Shown here: positions 41,148 to 64,000 of the stretch, one piece after another
Layout: each line of letters starts with the position of its first letter
Position numbering within the stretch: position 1 is the first letter of the stretch
Assembly (NCBI GenBank): GCA_012295275.1
Contig: CM022679.1
Coordinates: 22,134,001 to 22,198,000, forward strand
Length of the DNA: 64,000 bases
From: Chrysomallon squamiferum
Taxonomy: Eukaryota > Animalia > Mollusca
Direction: 5' to 3'
The notes under the pieces: generated by a model
Database searches by the model: none
The model's input: only the letters and a program-made list of their open reading frames with translations
Told to the model about the DNA's origin: nothing
Program-made: the position numbers and the translations under genes

Positions 41148-43635
41148 TTGAAATAAAATAATAATAATATGGAAATAATAATACAGTTTAAAGAATAAAA
41201 AAAATAAAAAAAAAAAAAAAAAAAAAATAAATAAATAAATAAAAAGCATGGTAAAAGAAGACCACTGTTAAAACTATTAAGTAATGCATCTGTTTTTAAT
41301 CAAAGTTTAAAATTACTTCTGTGTCAAAATTAAATATACAAATATATATTTTATATGTATGTATATATATATATATATATTATAATACGATTCTCTTATA
41401 TTCCCCATAAATAAACTGTATGTGTGTATGTGATAACGATGATAATAATAATAATAATAAGAAGACATACCACGCCCGCGGTGTCCGGGGTGCCAGCTCC
41501 GGCGTAAGGAAGAGTCATGGCGTGAGCAAGCTTCCTGATCTTGTCATCCAGTTCAAACAGCTTGTTGTTGATGTAGCCGAAGTGGTCGTCCAGGGTGATG
41601 CCGAATCCCAGGAACTGGTCCTTGAGGGAATGCTGACGTTGTGAGAGCTCTTGCCTTAGTTTGGCAAATTCATCCAGTTCTTTATCCTCGTCCCCTTCCT
41701 CTCCCGTGTCCTTCTTGTCCTTGTAGCTTTCTATCTCCTTCAGAGTCTCGTCCATCGTCTGCTCGCGGTCCGCAGACGTCACACTTGCAGAAGGCGCCGG
41801 CAGGGCGAGAACTGACCTTCCGGACGAGGGAGTTTTGAATATAACGGCGACCACGTCGTCCAGTTTCCCAATCCCCTCTATTAAGTCCTTGAACGCCGGC
41901 GTATCTGACACTTTGGACTGCAGATGGGCCAGCAGATCTGTTCTGGACCTGCTAACGAAATCGGTGTCAATGGATATCACGCTCAGATCCTCGTTGTCTG
42001 AATCGGGGAGCACTTGTCCTGGTATTGGTGGAAGGACCTGTTTTCTTGATAACGATCCTTCTAAATCGTCTTTCCTTTTGGCATACTGGGTACGAGAGTG
42101 AGAAAGGAAAGTAAATAAATGAACAACTTTACCCCAAACAACAACCAAAACAAAAAAAAAATAAAAAAATAATAATAATAATAAATGAAAATAAAAATAA
42201 AAATAAAAATAAAAATAAAAATAAAAATAAAAATAAAAACAAAAACAAAAACAAAAACAAAAACAAAAACAAAAACAAAAATAATAAAAACAAAAACAAA
42301 AACAAAAATAAAAATAAAAATAAAATTAAAAATAAAAATAAAAGTAAAAATAAAAATTATTCAAATAAAATTAATAAATAAATGATAATAAGAATATTTG
42401 AATGTGTTTGTTTGTATATAATTTTATATGCGTGTATCTGTGCGTGCGCGCGCATATTTATGCTGGTCTGTTATCTTCGATTTTGTCAATCGATGTCTGA
42501 TTTTCCAATATAACCAAACTCTTCTTATACTAATTGAATATAGCCATCACGAACCGAACCTGTGACTTCATGTTATCTTTTATTTCGTCAATATCTTTTC
42601 TAATTGCATTCAACTCTTTCAGTAGATCATCTGATAAGTCTGAAAGAAAAATCGTTAAGGTGGTGTAAAGTTAGCCATTACTAAACTAACTACACGCAAG
42701 CCTGTATCTAACTTACAATGTAAAGAATTTTTTTGGAAACAGGAAAAAACCCAATAGATATGGTGATTACTATTATAATGATGATAATGATAATGGTGAT
42801 CATATATTATTATTGTTATTATTACTGTTATTATTATTAAGTGGAATTAACCAAATTTATACGGACTTTAAGACTAACAAAGCAAACATTAACACATACA
42901 CGAATAAGGCAGTTATAGAAACAATAATCTGAAATATTAAGTTAATTTGTAAACAACCATACTTAGACCGCTCATTTTGTCTGCTTTGTTCTTCATTTGA
43001 TCCTAAATTAAATTAAAATAAATAAATAAATAAATTATAATAATAATACACTCATGTTACATGAATAAAGAAGGAATACCAGCAAGCAAACACACTAAAG
43101 ACAAATTAGAAGGGGGAAGAAAGAAAAAAGAAAGTTATGACATAATGCTGAGAATTCCGTATCTATATTATTTCATCATAAGAAAATAGATCGAAAATTC
43201 GATTTTTCATTAAAGACATTTCTATGTGATTACGGATAATAATATACCACTGCAAGCAAAACAAGCAAAATGAATTTTACGTCCAAAGAAGAAAGAATAA
43301 GAAAAAAGCGACTTGTGATTAAAAGAAAAACGATTACCTCCAGAATCTCCACCCTGGCAAGCAAATCCTTGTGAGAGTTTTTGAGTCTTCCAAGGTTTTC
43401 CAAGTAATCTAGAATCTGGCTGGATGGACCAGCGCTCTTCCGTCTAAGAGGCGTTTTTTGCACTGGCAAAGCATCGTATTTCCAGTATGGTTGATCACCT
43501 GGAGTCGAAGTATCATCAGATTTAGTGAGACCCGCGGATCCTGTCTGAAACAACGAGAACGATTTGTTTTTAATCTTCCTGCTCATCCTCCTCATTATTG
43601 TTATCATTATTATTATTATTATTATGATTATTATG

Positions 43636-43700
<65 letters not shown>

Positions 43701-45240
43701 GTTTTAAAAGTTAGGCACCCAAGTCATGTTTGATAGTGCCTGCTTAGGTGAAGAAAACGATATGTACTAATACTTAAATTTCTAAGCTAGTAAATGTTTT
43801 TAGAATAACGACTCACAGGAGATGTCCTCTGCGAGTGGATCTTAGCAACGGCAGCGCTCACTGGTTTGCCATCAGGTCCTATTTCTCGAGGCCTCTTTTG
43901 GTGTTCTGCTTCCTCGCCGGTAACACTCCGCTTCGGTTTCTTACTTTTGCGTTTGGCTTTGCGATCAGCTCCCTCTTCTCCTTCCTCTCCTTGGGTTTCT
44001 TCTGAATCTCCCTCGTCTGACCCTGTTAAGGCATCCTTTGCACCTGCTTCTGCGACAGATGGCTGTCCTGCACCTGGTCCTGTACCAGGTCCACCTGGTC
44101 CCGCACCTGGACCAGCTGGACCACCTGGTCCTGCTTCAGGTCCACCTGCCCATCCTGTACCTGGTCCTGCACCAGCAACTCCTGGCCCAAAACCTCCAGG
44201 TCCTCCCAGGTCCTCCTGGCATGACACCTCCAGGCCCGGCACCAGGAACTGCACCTTGTCCTACGCCAGTTGGTCCCATACCAGCTTGATCCACTCCGTA
44301 TCCTGGACCAACACCCCCAGGACCTCCTGGTCCAACACCACCAGGACCTGGATAACCTGGCACAGCACCTGGAACGACTCCTTCTGGCCACGGACCACCA
44401 AGACCAACACCACCAGGTCCTACACCACCAGGTCCTACACCACCAGGTCCTACACCGCCAGGCCATACACCGCCGGGACCTGCACCTCCATAACCGGGAG
44501 GTACACCATCAGGTCCTGCACCTGGAACTCCATATCCAGGTGTTACACCGCCAGGACCAACACCACCAGGCCATGCACCTGGACCACCATAACCGGGTGG
44601 TACACCACCAGGCCATGCACCTGGACCACCATAACCGGGTGGTACACCATCAGGCCCTGCACCTGGACCACCATAACCGGGTGGTACACCACCAGGCCAT
44701 GCACCTGGACCACCATAACCGGGTGGTACACCACCAGGCCCTGCACCTGGACCACCATAACCAGGTGGTATACCGCCAGGTCCTGCACCTGGACCACCAT
44801 AACCAGGTGGTACACCGCCAGGTCCTACACCACCAGGTCCTGCACCTGGACCACCGTAACCGGCTTCTGCTCCAGCAGGAACTGCACCTGGACCGCCATA
44901 ACCGGCTCCTACACCACCAGGTCCTGCACCTGGTCCACCATAACCGGGTCCTGAACCACCAGATCCTGCATCTGAACCTGCACCACCAGGTTGAATGCCT
45001 TCCTGCTCGTCCCTGCCTCTCTCTTGTAAATCTAAGCCATCTACCTCAGCCTCTGAGACGGTCCTTGAAAACGCTTCTTCCAAACCAGGCCAGGTTACAT
45101 ACTCATCGGGCGAAGGACGTTTAAGGCATTCTTCTGACACCGCTTTCTATAAAGTAAATATCTATATCTATATCTGTCTCTTGATTTATATATAAAATAT
45201 GATAAATATCAGTATAACTAATTTGTTATATATAGACGTA

Positions 45241-45288
<48 letters not shown>

Positions 45289-45987
45289 GGGATCAGTCTG
45301 AAAAATCATGCCTTATAGGAGATAATAGGGAAACAAACATATGTAAATACCTGTATATCACATATACACACATATACATACATATATACATTCACACACA
45401 TACACATATGCGCGCGTGTGTGTGTGTGTGTGGACACACACGCGCGCGCATATGTGTATGTGTGTGAATGTATATATGTATGTGTGTGAATGTATATATG
45501 TATGTATATGTGTGTATATGTGATATACAGGTATTTACATATGTTTGTTTCCCTATTATCTCCTACAACTATTACAACTATTTTATTATTATTGTTGTTG
45601 TTGTTGTTGTTGTTGTATCAAAAGTAGTGGTAGTAGTGGTATAAGCAGCAGCAGCAGCAGAAGAAGTAGTAGGAATAGTAGAAGTAGAATTAGTCGAGGC
45701 AGTAATAGTACTATTTGTGGTAGTGGTGGTAGTAGCAGTATTAATAGTAGTAATACTGTTTCTGTTGTAACAATATTTTGTGTACGAATAAATTACATAC
45801 AACTGCAGTCTCTAAAGCTTTTATTTTCGACTTGCCATCCTGACTGTCTTTGTCTAACTGTAAAAAGAAAATGTAGTTTTAAAACAGATTAAATAATAGA
45901 GAAGAAAAGAATCTTTAATATATACTAAAGACAAATTGGCGAAATATAGAAAGAATGAATATCTTTTAACAAATATTTAAAATGAAA

Positions 45988-46077
<90 letters not shown>

Positions 46078-47051
46078 TGTGTGTGTGAATCTGTATTGTG
46101 TATTTAAATAAAGTTAGATTTTACTACGTACCTCATCCAGCCGATTTTGCAGTTCGTCCTTCGTGTCATTTACTGTTTTCATATCTTTCATGAGATCTTC
46201 CATCATGGACATAAGCTATAAATGAATAAATAAATAAATAAATAAATAAATAAACGCATACATACGAATATACATACATACATAAATACATACATACATA
46301 CATACATACATTCATACGAACATGCATGCATGCATACATACATAATATATACATACATACATACATACATACATACATACATACATACATACATACATAC
46401 ATACATACATACTACATACACACGTAAGTACACAGACACAAAAAAAACGTAAACCTAACTCTCTTGATCTTTACGACTAAAAGCAAGGAATGAAAAAAAA
46501 AAAGTAAATGGTGGTCTCTGCTGAGCAGATAACTTCTGTAATAGGTATGCTTGTATTTTACAAGCTGGGAATTAAAATATTAAAATACGTCTACTGATAC
46601 TTGCCTTCGAAATACCGTCTTGGTTGGCGTCTACCCTTTTCTTCAACTGCATATTCTGCCACATGTCCGAAATGGCCCTTTCTCCGTCTGCCATTGTTGT
46701 TCTTTCGAAGAGTTCTTTATTGGAAGGCAGTTCGTTCAGTTCTTCCATCTTTTTCGCCAGTTCCTCCACTTTTTTGGAAAGCGTCTTGTACGGAACCTTC
46801 GATTTTCTCAGCGATTCTTTCGCCTTTTTTTCTGCATCATCGGCTTCCTCTGCCTTATCGGAGCCTTCAACCAAAGATATAACCGATGCATCGGTCAAAT
46901 CGTTTTCGGTGTCTATATCTTCTTGCACATCTTGGATATTCAATTTTCTAAGCATGGCGTGTAGCAGTATGCGTAGAATGTTGAAGTTTACGACGCCTTT
47001 CTCAGGCGTCTTCAGCGCCAAATCCACCAATTTGCTTAACGGTGTCAGCAT
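35584..47051 (-). CDS. QRICH2/C16orf96 (DUF4795-family)-like coiled-coil protein, paralog B, about 19 exons and about 1330 aa after correcting a 1-nt insertion at 44205-44207
   Basis: Exons 46605-47051 (GC donor), 46132-46215, 45801-45857, 43817-45146, 43338-43544, 42963-43002, 42560-42639, 41471-42085, 40938-41060, 40228-40296, 39698-39808, 39229-39392, 38778-38840, 38433-38534, 37670-37786, 36738-36854, 36299-36395, and less certainly 35846-35917 and 35584-35673. Phases are consistent. Family motifs YVTWPGLEEA, KLDRMEL, EDAAAGLRKKLLLRFNCLSCDRPV, RPYVTYEMEQMRQ, RQCGGPHTL and GVDGQIYKG. Confidence 0.88.
36920..37475. repeat. About three copies of a ~180-190-bp AT-rich tandem unit in an intron of paralog B
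   Basis: The marker AAATTTAAAAAGTGACTGGACTTG recurs near 37083, 37273 and 37450 with shared flanks. Confidence 0.8.
44050..44990 (-). repeat. Coding Gly/Pro-rich tandem repeat: 45-nt units encoding GPGA(G/W)PGGVPPGYG and 15-nt units encoding GPGGV
   Basis: Repeated ACCAGG(T/C)C(C/A)TGCACCTGGACCACCATAACC(G/A)GGTGGTACACC units on the plus strand; translation is given by ORF 44136..45140. Confidence 0.92.
45316..45565. repeat. Long inverted repeat (foldback, MITE-like) in intron 3 of paralog B
   Basis: TAGGAGATAATAGGGAAACAAACATATGTAAATACCTGTATATCACATATACAC... is the reverse complement of ...GTGTATATGTGATATACAGGTATTTACATATGTTTGTTTCCCTATTATCTCCTA. Arms are about 100 bp. Confidence 0.85.
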
Positions 47052-47706
47052 TTTTGTTTACCTACTTGTGTTTGCCATTATCTAAATTCATAAATAAATA
47101 AAAAAGAAGTTACTGTTTATTAAACTCCACGCCGGAGATGACCGTTGCATGTTTGGTGTTGCTTATTCCACTATGACGTTACAGAAAGTGCTTTAATTGA
47201 TTATTACGTCACAATTTGAGCGTACGTATTCTGTTTCTGATATAGAACTACGTTAAATAAAGGTCCATCGTCAATAATATTTATAACTATATAATATTAA
47301 TAGCATTAATAAGCTTTCATAAAATATTTTGATATTTTAGAGATATTAATATTTATATTTCATCATGGCCTTTAGACATTTTATAAATCTGAACGCAGTC
47401 ATACGTAAATCATAGTCTGTTATGTAAAAATGTTAAGTCTAGAATACATCCAGAGGTAATGTAAAATACGTAATGACCAAATACATACTGAAAATGAATA
47501 TCGCTGGTACGTACATTCATTTATAGAGTATAATGAAAAACCAAGAGGGTCCTTTATTTGAAATACTTGAGCTGTTCGTTTTTTGGAACATAAGGACATA
47601 ACCAAAAAACTGGATTTAAGTCGAAACGCAAATTGCCATCAGGTGTCATATGTTAATCGTGAAGTGTTGTTAAATACAAGCAAGTAGGTTTAATTTATTA
47701 TTTCGT

Positions 47707-47738
<32 letters not shown>

Positions 47739-50700
47739 TATTTTATTTTATTTTTTATTTTTGTCGTTGTTCATAACTATATTTCATTTTTTTTGTTTTC
47801 TTCTTGAATGTGTGCTTTGGTATTATTATGGAATTTTTAGAGTGTACTCTTTACTTCGTAAATTTCTTAAACGTAATATATATATATATATGCAGAAGAA
47901 GAAAAAAATGACAAATAGGACTAAATAATCATAATGAACATTACTTTCAAGACGGGATTGAAAAAAAAAAAAGATTTTGGATTCGTTTTGGTATTTATTA
48001 ATTTATGAAATTTGTCATTTGTCACAAGGTCGAACATGATATTTAAGCTTTGTATTTGTTTCCCAGACTATCATCATAAACGAGCTTCTTGACATACGCA
48101 TTATTATCACATGATCGATGACGAAATAATTAGTTCGTTGTTACTGACGTCACTAACAAATACATCTTTATCTATGTTAGACTACTTGGGTGATAATTAA
48201 AATGTACGTCTATAACGAATAATAGAGCAACACAGATTCTCTCAAGTCTATCGTTAACTAGGTTTACGTACATTGGTTATAAAAAATAAGTTGCTCAACA
48301 TTGCTATGTGATTTAAGAAGGTCAGTCGTTAAGCTTAGAAACTCTAACCCCTACTTATTTGAGAATACTAGATCAGCTTTTTTAAGAGTTCAGTTAAAAA
48401 AAAAAACTTACTTTACTTTGATAGTTGTGTAGACTGATGAAATAATTATCATTAATTAGGAATATCTTCAAAAACGTGTGTGTGTGTTTATATATATATA
48501 AAATAGATTTTTCTTAACCATTAACTGTATGAATACATGCACAAACAGACACACACACACACATTTCTGCATATTGCATGAACGCAAATAAAGCCATATT
48601 CATGCATGCCTATTGTATACCTGAATTCATATATCATAAATAGAAAAATACAAACATACATTATATTTACCTATTACATACACACATACATTTACATGCA
48701 TTCATGCATATCCTCCCACCTATCCTGAGTACCCAAACATAAACAATAAATCATTCTTTAGAAGAAACGCCCAATGTATATCATATTTTGTTACTTCTAA
48801 AAAAAACATTTATATCATAAATTACCACTGTATAGTTTCCCTACACCTTTAAGTGTAAAATGAAGTTAAAAGAAAAACAAACAACATTTTATTTATCGCG
48901 TAATTTATTTAAAAGAAATAAAACACCATAATGAAATTTTACATGCAATATATATAATTATTTTTGTCGTTTCGTAAAAAGCACAATTGTGTAATGGAAA
49001 GAATACAATAAAGTTTAAAACGTTAAATATACATAGTTTTGAGCAATGTTAATACAGACATATCACAGTTGTATTGGTGTAATAAAATTAAAACACGTTA
49101 ATCTTAATATTGAGTACAAATGTCAGCCTGTTAATATAGATTCACATACACAATCGCAAGCTATGTTGTTGTCTTAATGCTCGTTTATTTTAAAATATAA
49201 AATTAATGACTGCATTAAGAAATAAAACTTATAGTTATAATAGCCACTTTGAAAACTTAAAAAGAAGAAATAACAATAATAAAATAATAATAATAATAAT
49301 AACTAAAAAAAAAAGAGAAACTGTTTAAAAGAGTCTGTATCACAATAAACGGAAATCGACATATCTTTAAATGGTGTCATCCCATTTTATCAAATTCTCA
49401 GCTGCTCGAAAAATGAGTAATAATCTGTTATGTAAACGCTGCATTATTACCTTTGTAGTTAAAGAACTCGCTCACTGTCTGAATAAACTGTCTTCTTTTT
49501 ATAATAAGTTTATGTTTCATTCAGTATTATTGCTCTTCTTAACGTCTCTCTACAGTTTACAATGTTCTAGTACTTTAGGATTTATTTTATATTCGTTCTT
49601 CACGTGTGTGTGTGTGTGTGTGTTATTGTTGTTTGTGTCTCTTAGGTGACCTTCTGTTTTCCATTGTTGTTTTGTCAAGTGTTTTTTTATATTTGAATGC
49701 TAATTCCTTAAGGCCAATTAAGAATTATCTTATCTCATAATAAACACATTTAGATGCAGACATTATTATTCTAATTATTTGAAGACAATAATAATTGATT
49801 TAAAGCTAATCTGGAACATTTCATTATAATGAATGAGGTAACAACATGCATATCAGTATTACTGTTGAACCTTATCCACTGTTGTTTTGGGGGTTCGATC
49901 TAAAGAGAGTAAGTTCTTTTAAAATTGTTCTTTCCTTCTGTTTGTGGAAATATGTCACCATATTTCATTACAAAAAAACCCACAAATTATAGTGGTGATG
50001 TCTGCTACTTTTCTAAAATCCTGGTAAAGCACGTGAATATAATAATGTAATTCCTAACCGAATGTAAAAGATTAAAACTGCCAAACATAGCATAATTTTA
50101 CCCTGAAGAAACTGAAAGTGGTGCGGTGTGTGTTTCCAAAATGTAAAAAAAATATTGCGTGGGTTAGCAGTTCCTTTGAGATTTGATCTATCACAATTCT
50201 AATTATTATCTTTTTATAATTTAAAAAAAAAAACGACATTTAATAATATTTTAAACTTTTTAAACTATATTTTTATATACATTTTTGAATTATAAAAACC
50301 ATATTTAAACAAACGATTATACAGAATGTGTTAAAAATAAAAGTTAGCAATAGCTACGTAACACACACAAACATGCGTCGCTTTTGGACGGATTTTAAAA
50401 ATAATACTGGTTAAATTTTGCACACAATAAATAATAATAATAATGATGTCAGTCAGTGAAATATCACACATGAATAAGATAATGATTCAATTTACACAAA
50501 TGTAAAAAAGATTTAAAAAAAAAAAATAAAAAATAAAATAAAATAATAAATAAATTAAATAGTTCTTCTAAAAGAAATTACACAACTTTTACACTATCAG
50601 TAATAATTGTAAAAGCTTAGAAAAAACACATATTCATCATAAATTTATATTTTCTGAGCCGAACACACTTATATAAAATACAATAGTCGTCGTGAACCAA

Positions 50701-51055
50701 AGATATAATTTCAGATTCAAGTAAAATAGTATATTTTCATTTGTTCTTAAAAGAACACATTTTGCTTAAAAATACCATTTACTATTACTTTATTTATGTA
50801 TTTTCGTTATTTATTTTATACACTAATTTAGAACCAGCATATTTCTTATGATCAAAAGTAGTCTAAGAAAACTAAATTGTTAATTTCATAAAGGGTGAGC
50901 TTACGTTTAACCGAATTGGTTTCATTTTTCAATCAGTTATTTTTCTTTTCCAAATGGCATAGCTGGAATTAACAATAAATCATTGATTTAACAAATAATA
51001 ATAATAAAAATTAATGGACTTGAAGAATCAATCAATCAGTCAATCAATCAATCAA

Positions 51056-51089
<34 letters not shown>

Positions 51090-51203
51090 TAAATAAATAA
51101 ATAAATAAATAAAGAAAAGAAAAGTGATAAAACAGTTTTTGATACTCCGGGTTCTTTATAATTACTGTCTATTTACAACACAAGTGTATTTCCGCAACTC
51201 CCA

Positions 51204-60720
<9,517 letters not shown>

Positions 60721-60732
60721 CTGCAACATAAA

Positions 60733-61600
60733 GCATTATCATTCTTACGTATTGTTACAGTCTTTATATATTTCACATGTTACGGTGTTTACATATTTCA
60801 CATGTTACAGTGTTTACATATTTCACATGTTACAGTATTTATATATTTCACATGTTACAGTATTTGTATATTTCACGTCACAGTGTTTACATATTTCACA
60901 TGTCACAGTGTTTACATATTTCACATGTTACAGTGTTTATATATTTCACATGTTGTAGTTTTTAATATTTCACATATTATAATACTTATATATTTCACAT
61001 GTTGTAGTTTTTAATATTTCACATATTATAATACTTATATATTTCACATGTTTTAATAGTTTTATGTTTCACATGTTACACTGTTTACATATTTCACATG
61101 TTCTTTTCACATAGTATATACATTTCCCCCATATTATAATATTTACATTATATCCCATTGTATATTATTTACATTTATCACATGTTACATTTGTACATAT
61201 TTCACATGTTACAGTATGTACGTATTTCACATGTTACAGTATGTATGTATTTCACATGTTACGGTATGTACGTATTTCACATGTTACAGTATGTACGTAT
61301 TTCACATGTTACAGTATGTACGTATTTCACATGTTACAGTATGTACATATTTCACGTTACAGTATGTACGTATTTCACATGTTACAGTATGTACGTATTT
61401 CATGTTTGCAGTATTTACACATTTCTCATGTATTTCAGTATTTTTATATTTTACCTGTTACAGTATGTAGATATTTCCCACATTACAGTATTTATATATT
61501 TCACCTTACAGTGTTTATACATGTCACAAGTTATAGTACCTACATGATTTAACATGTTACAAATTTTATATATTTTTTATGGTAAGACGTCTTTCACGTT
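60733..61600. repeat. 25-nt minisatellite, consensus ATATTTCACATGTTACAGT(G/A)T(T/G)TAC
   Basis: Dozens of variably degenerate units. They explain the spurious repetitive ORFs at 60682-61552. Confidence 0.92.
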
Positions 61601-61630
61601 ATAGTATTTACATATAAACAAATAGACAGA

Positions 61631-61681
<51 letters not shown>

Positions 61682-62989
61682 GTTGTTGATGTTTTCGTTG
61701 TTTGTTATTGTTGTTGTTGTTTTAATCATACCACAGCTACACTTTTAAGTCATTAACTAACACACGATAATTTTGTTAGGTTCACAGTGTCATGTGTATT
61801 ATGTCGATTTGTTATTTTAAGTCAGCCTATATGACAACACCATTATGTTTGATAGGATTTGTTATCTACGACTGTACGTTATCAGCAGACACAGAAATTG
61901 TTCTAAGTACATACCCCACTGACAACAGTAGTGGGCCAGAAAACAAAACAATTTTATCTCTAGCTGTGACACTCAAACCTTGTATCCCACAGCAACGGTG
62001 TCAACATGTCCGGTCGTACAAAACAGAACAGCAGCACGACATAATCAGCTTTAGCATTGAAGTACACGAATTTAAATTTGTCATATGTAAACATACATGA
62101 TAAACTTGAAATCGACAGAATGGGCATTTCGTATTTTGACAGTTTTGATCCATGTATAGTGTGTGTGTGTGTGTGTGTGAAAACTGAAACAATATACAAG
62201 TTTACATTTTGTGATGTTATAAACATATGATATAATCTAAAGTCGACAGAATGATCATTTCGAATTTGGACAATTTTAACAAATGTGTACTGTGTGTGTG
62301 TGTGTGCGCGTGCATACATAAATGCATGCATATATGTATGTGTGTGTGTGTGAGCCCCGCGCGCGCGTGTGTTTTAAGTATGTGCATTTTATTTATACTG
62401 TCACTTTCAGAGAAATCAAATATATCATAATATTTATCAACAAGTGCGATCAATAACATTTTATCGGCTAGGTCCCCATAAATCACAATATATCTGATAT
62501 TCAGATCTGATCCTAATATACAATCACACCATTTCACCCGGCAGATATACCCGAACTAGAAAAGCCAGGACAGGCTTCACCTTAAACCCATTATTTATAA
62601 TCCACATTTATCAAAGAAGTGAGCTCTAGCGATAAAGCATAAGGTTGATGAAGTCCCAAACGTCGTGGGTGACAACGTCGAGGTTTAATGCTGTGTTTTA
62701 TTTAATCCTCTTAGTTTCGCCGGATTAACGTAATATAATCCGAAAGGCTTGATTAACAATAATAAGTTTGTGGTGTGAAAAAGTCACAGCAAGGAGTAAA
62801 GAAAATTCAGTAATGGTTATGTTGATGGTGGTTACGAGAAGAAAACTGTAAGAATAAGAAACAGAGGATAAAAGATATAACAAATACATAATCAACGACA
62901 AAGAAACAAATCATTAAAACACTATAAGAAAAATAAAACAATAAAATTATTAAAAACTCTCTCTCCAAAATAATAATAATAATAAATAA

Positions 62990-63034
<45 letters not shown>

Positions 63035-63121
63035 ATATAAAGACAGTAAACAGATTAAAATATAATAACATAAATAAAATAATAAAATAAAATAAAATAA
63101 ATAAATAATAACAACAACAAC

Positions 63122-63163
<42 letters not shown>

Positions 63164-63319
63164 TAAATAAATACATGTAGTAATAAAACTATCATTATCA
63201 TAAAAAATTATTCTAATTGTTATTTACTTTAATTTACTTTGTCACTTTCTGTATGAGAATTTTATTTGTGTAGGTCGGTACGTATTAAAAGTTAAAGAAT
63301 AAAACAGTAAACGAGTGTA

Positions 63320-63356
<37 letters not shown>

Positions 63357-63715
63357 CAACAAAAAAAAAACAAAAAAACAACAACCCAAAACCCGCTTCA
63401 TTCTGAATATAATACTGGTTATAAACATGTCTAACATGAATCATAGCATTACAAACTTTTCAAAAGGCGCATAAGAAAAAATAAAATAAAATAAAGAAAA
63501 AATATAAAAGTAACAATAATAAAATTAAAATAGAAAACTAACAGTGAAAAATGTTTTGGTAAACTGATCAACAAATTTATAAAAAGAAAATAAATAAATA
63601 ATTTTTTTTTTAAAAGTGTTGATACAGTTCATTTCTTTCCTTTTTTTCTTCCTTCCTCTTTTTTTATAAGCTTGTTCTGTGTCGGATTGCTTATGTTACT
63701 ATTAATAAAAACGTA

Positions 63716-63764
<49 letters not shown>

Positions 63765-64000
63765 ACCCATGTATACTTTCCAATGTTAACACAGCGGATT
63801 ACGGTGACGGTTCAATTGTCAGTAATTAACGTACCAAGTTAACACTACGTAGTTACAGCTGGAGTTAAACAGTTCACGTACTTAATATAGTTTGTATGTT
63901 ACACAACAAGTCACAGGGTAAAACAGAAGTTGAAGAGATTTTACCAGTTAATTTGTAACGTTTGTATTCTCTTCATTTTTCTCTTTTCCGTTCTCTCTCT

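Noticed and set aside
43866-45124. Long plus-strand ORFs (362 aa Thr/Trp-rich and 284 aa His/Gln-rich)
   Set aside because: Antisense shadows of the minus-strand Gly/Pro repeat exon.

Overview
AT-rich, microsatellite-dense animal genomic DNA with spliceosomal introns; a lophotrochozoan, probably a mollusc, is my inference. Exons were reconstructed by hand from reading frame and splice-site phase. Six genes are present: (1) the first coding exon of a QRICH2/C16orf96 (DUF4795)-family gene on the minus strand, running off the left edge; (2) a solitary H1-delta/H1.0-like linker histone on the plus strand, with a 1-nt insertion in an A-run; (3) a complete 7-exon S-adenosylmethionine synthetase (MAT, minus, 410 aa); (4) a UBXN8-like gene (plus) head-to-head with MAT; (5) after a ~14-kb gap with no recognisable coding exons, a second QRICH2-like paralog (minus, ~19 exons) with a GC-AG first intron, a silk/elastin-like GPGGX repeat exon and a 1-nt insertion; (6) 14 exons of an EFCAB6-like multi-EF-hand gene (minus, 5' end not found). 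The best lead is a GC- and CpG-rich, extensively base-paired RNA element in the MAT 3' UTR (about 9910-10250). Its G-U wobbles work only on the mRNA strand, and it includes mutually exclusive stems. This MAT gene lacks both known METTL16 SAM-feedback devices: the vertebrate UACAGAGAA 3'-UTR hairpins and the nematode-type regulated 3' splice site. The element is therefore a candidate alternative SAM-feedback device, which is a hypothesis and untested.
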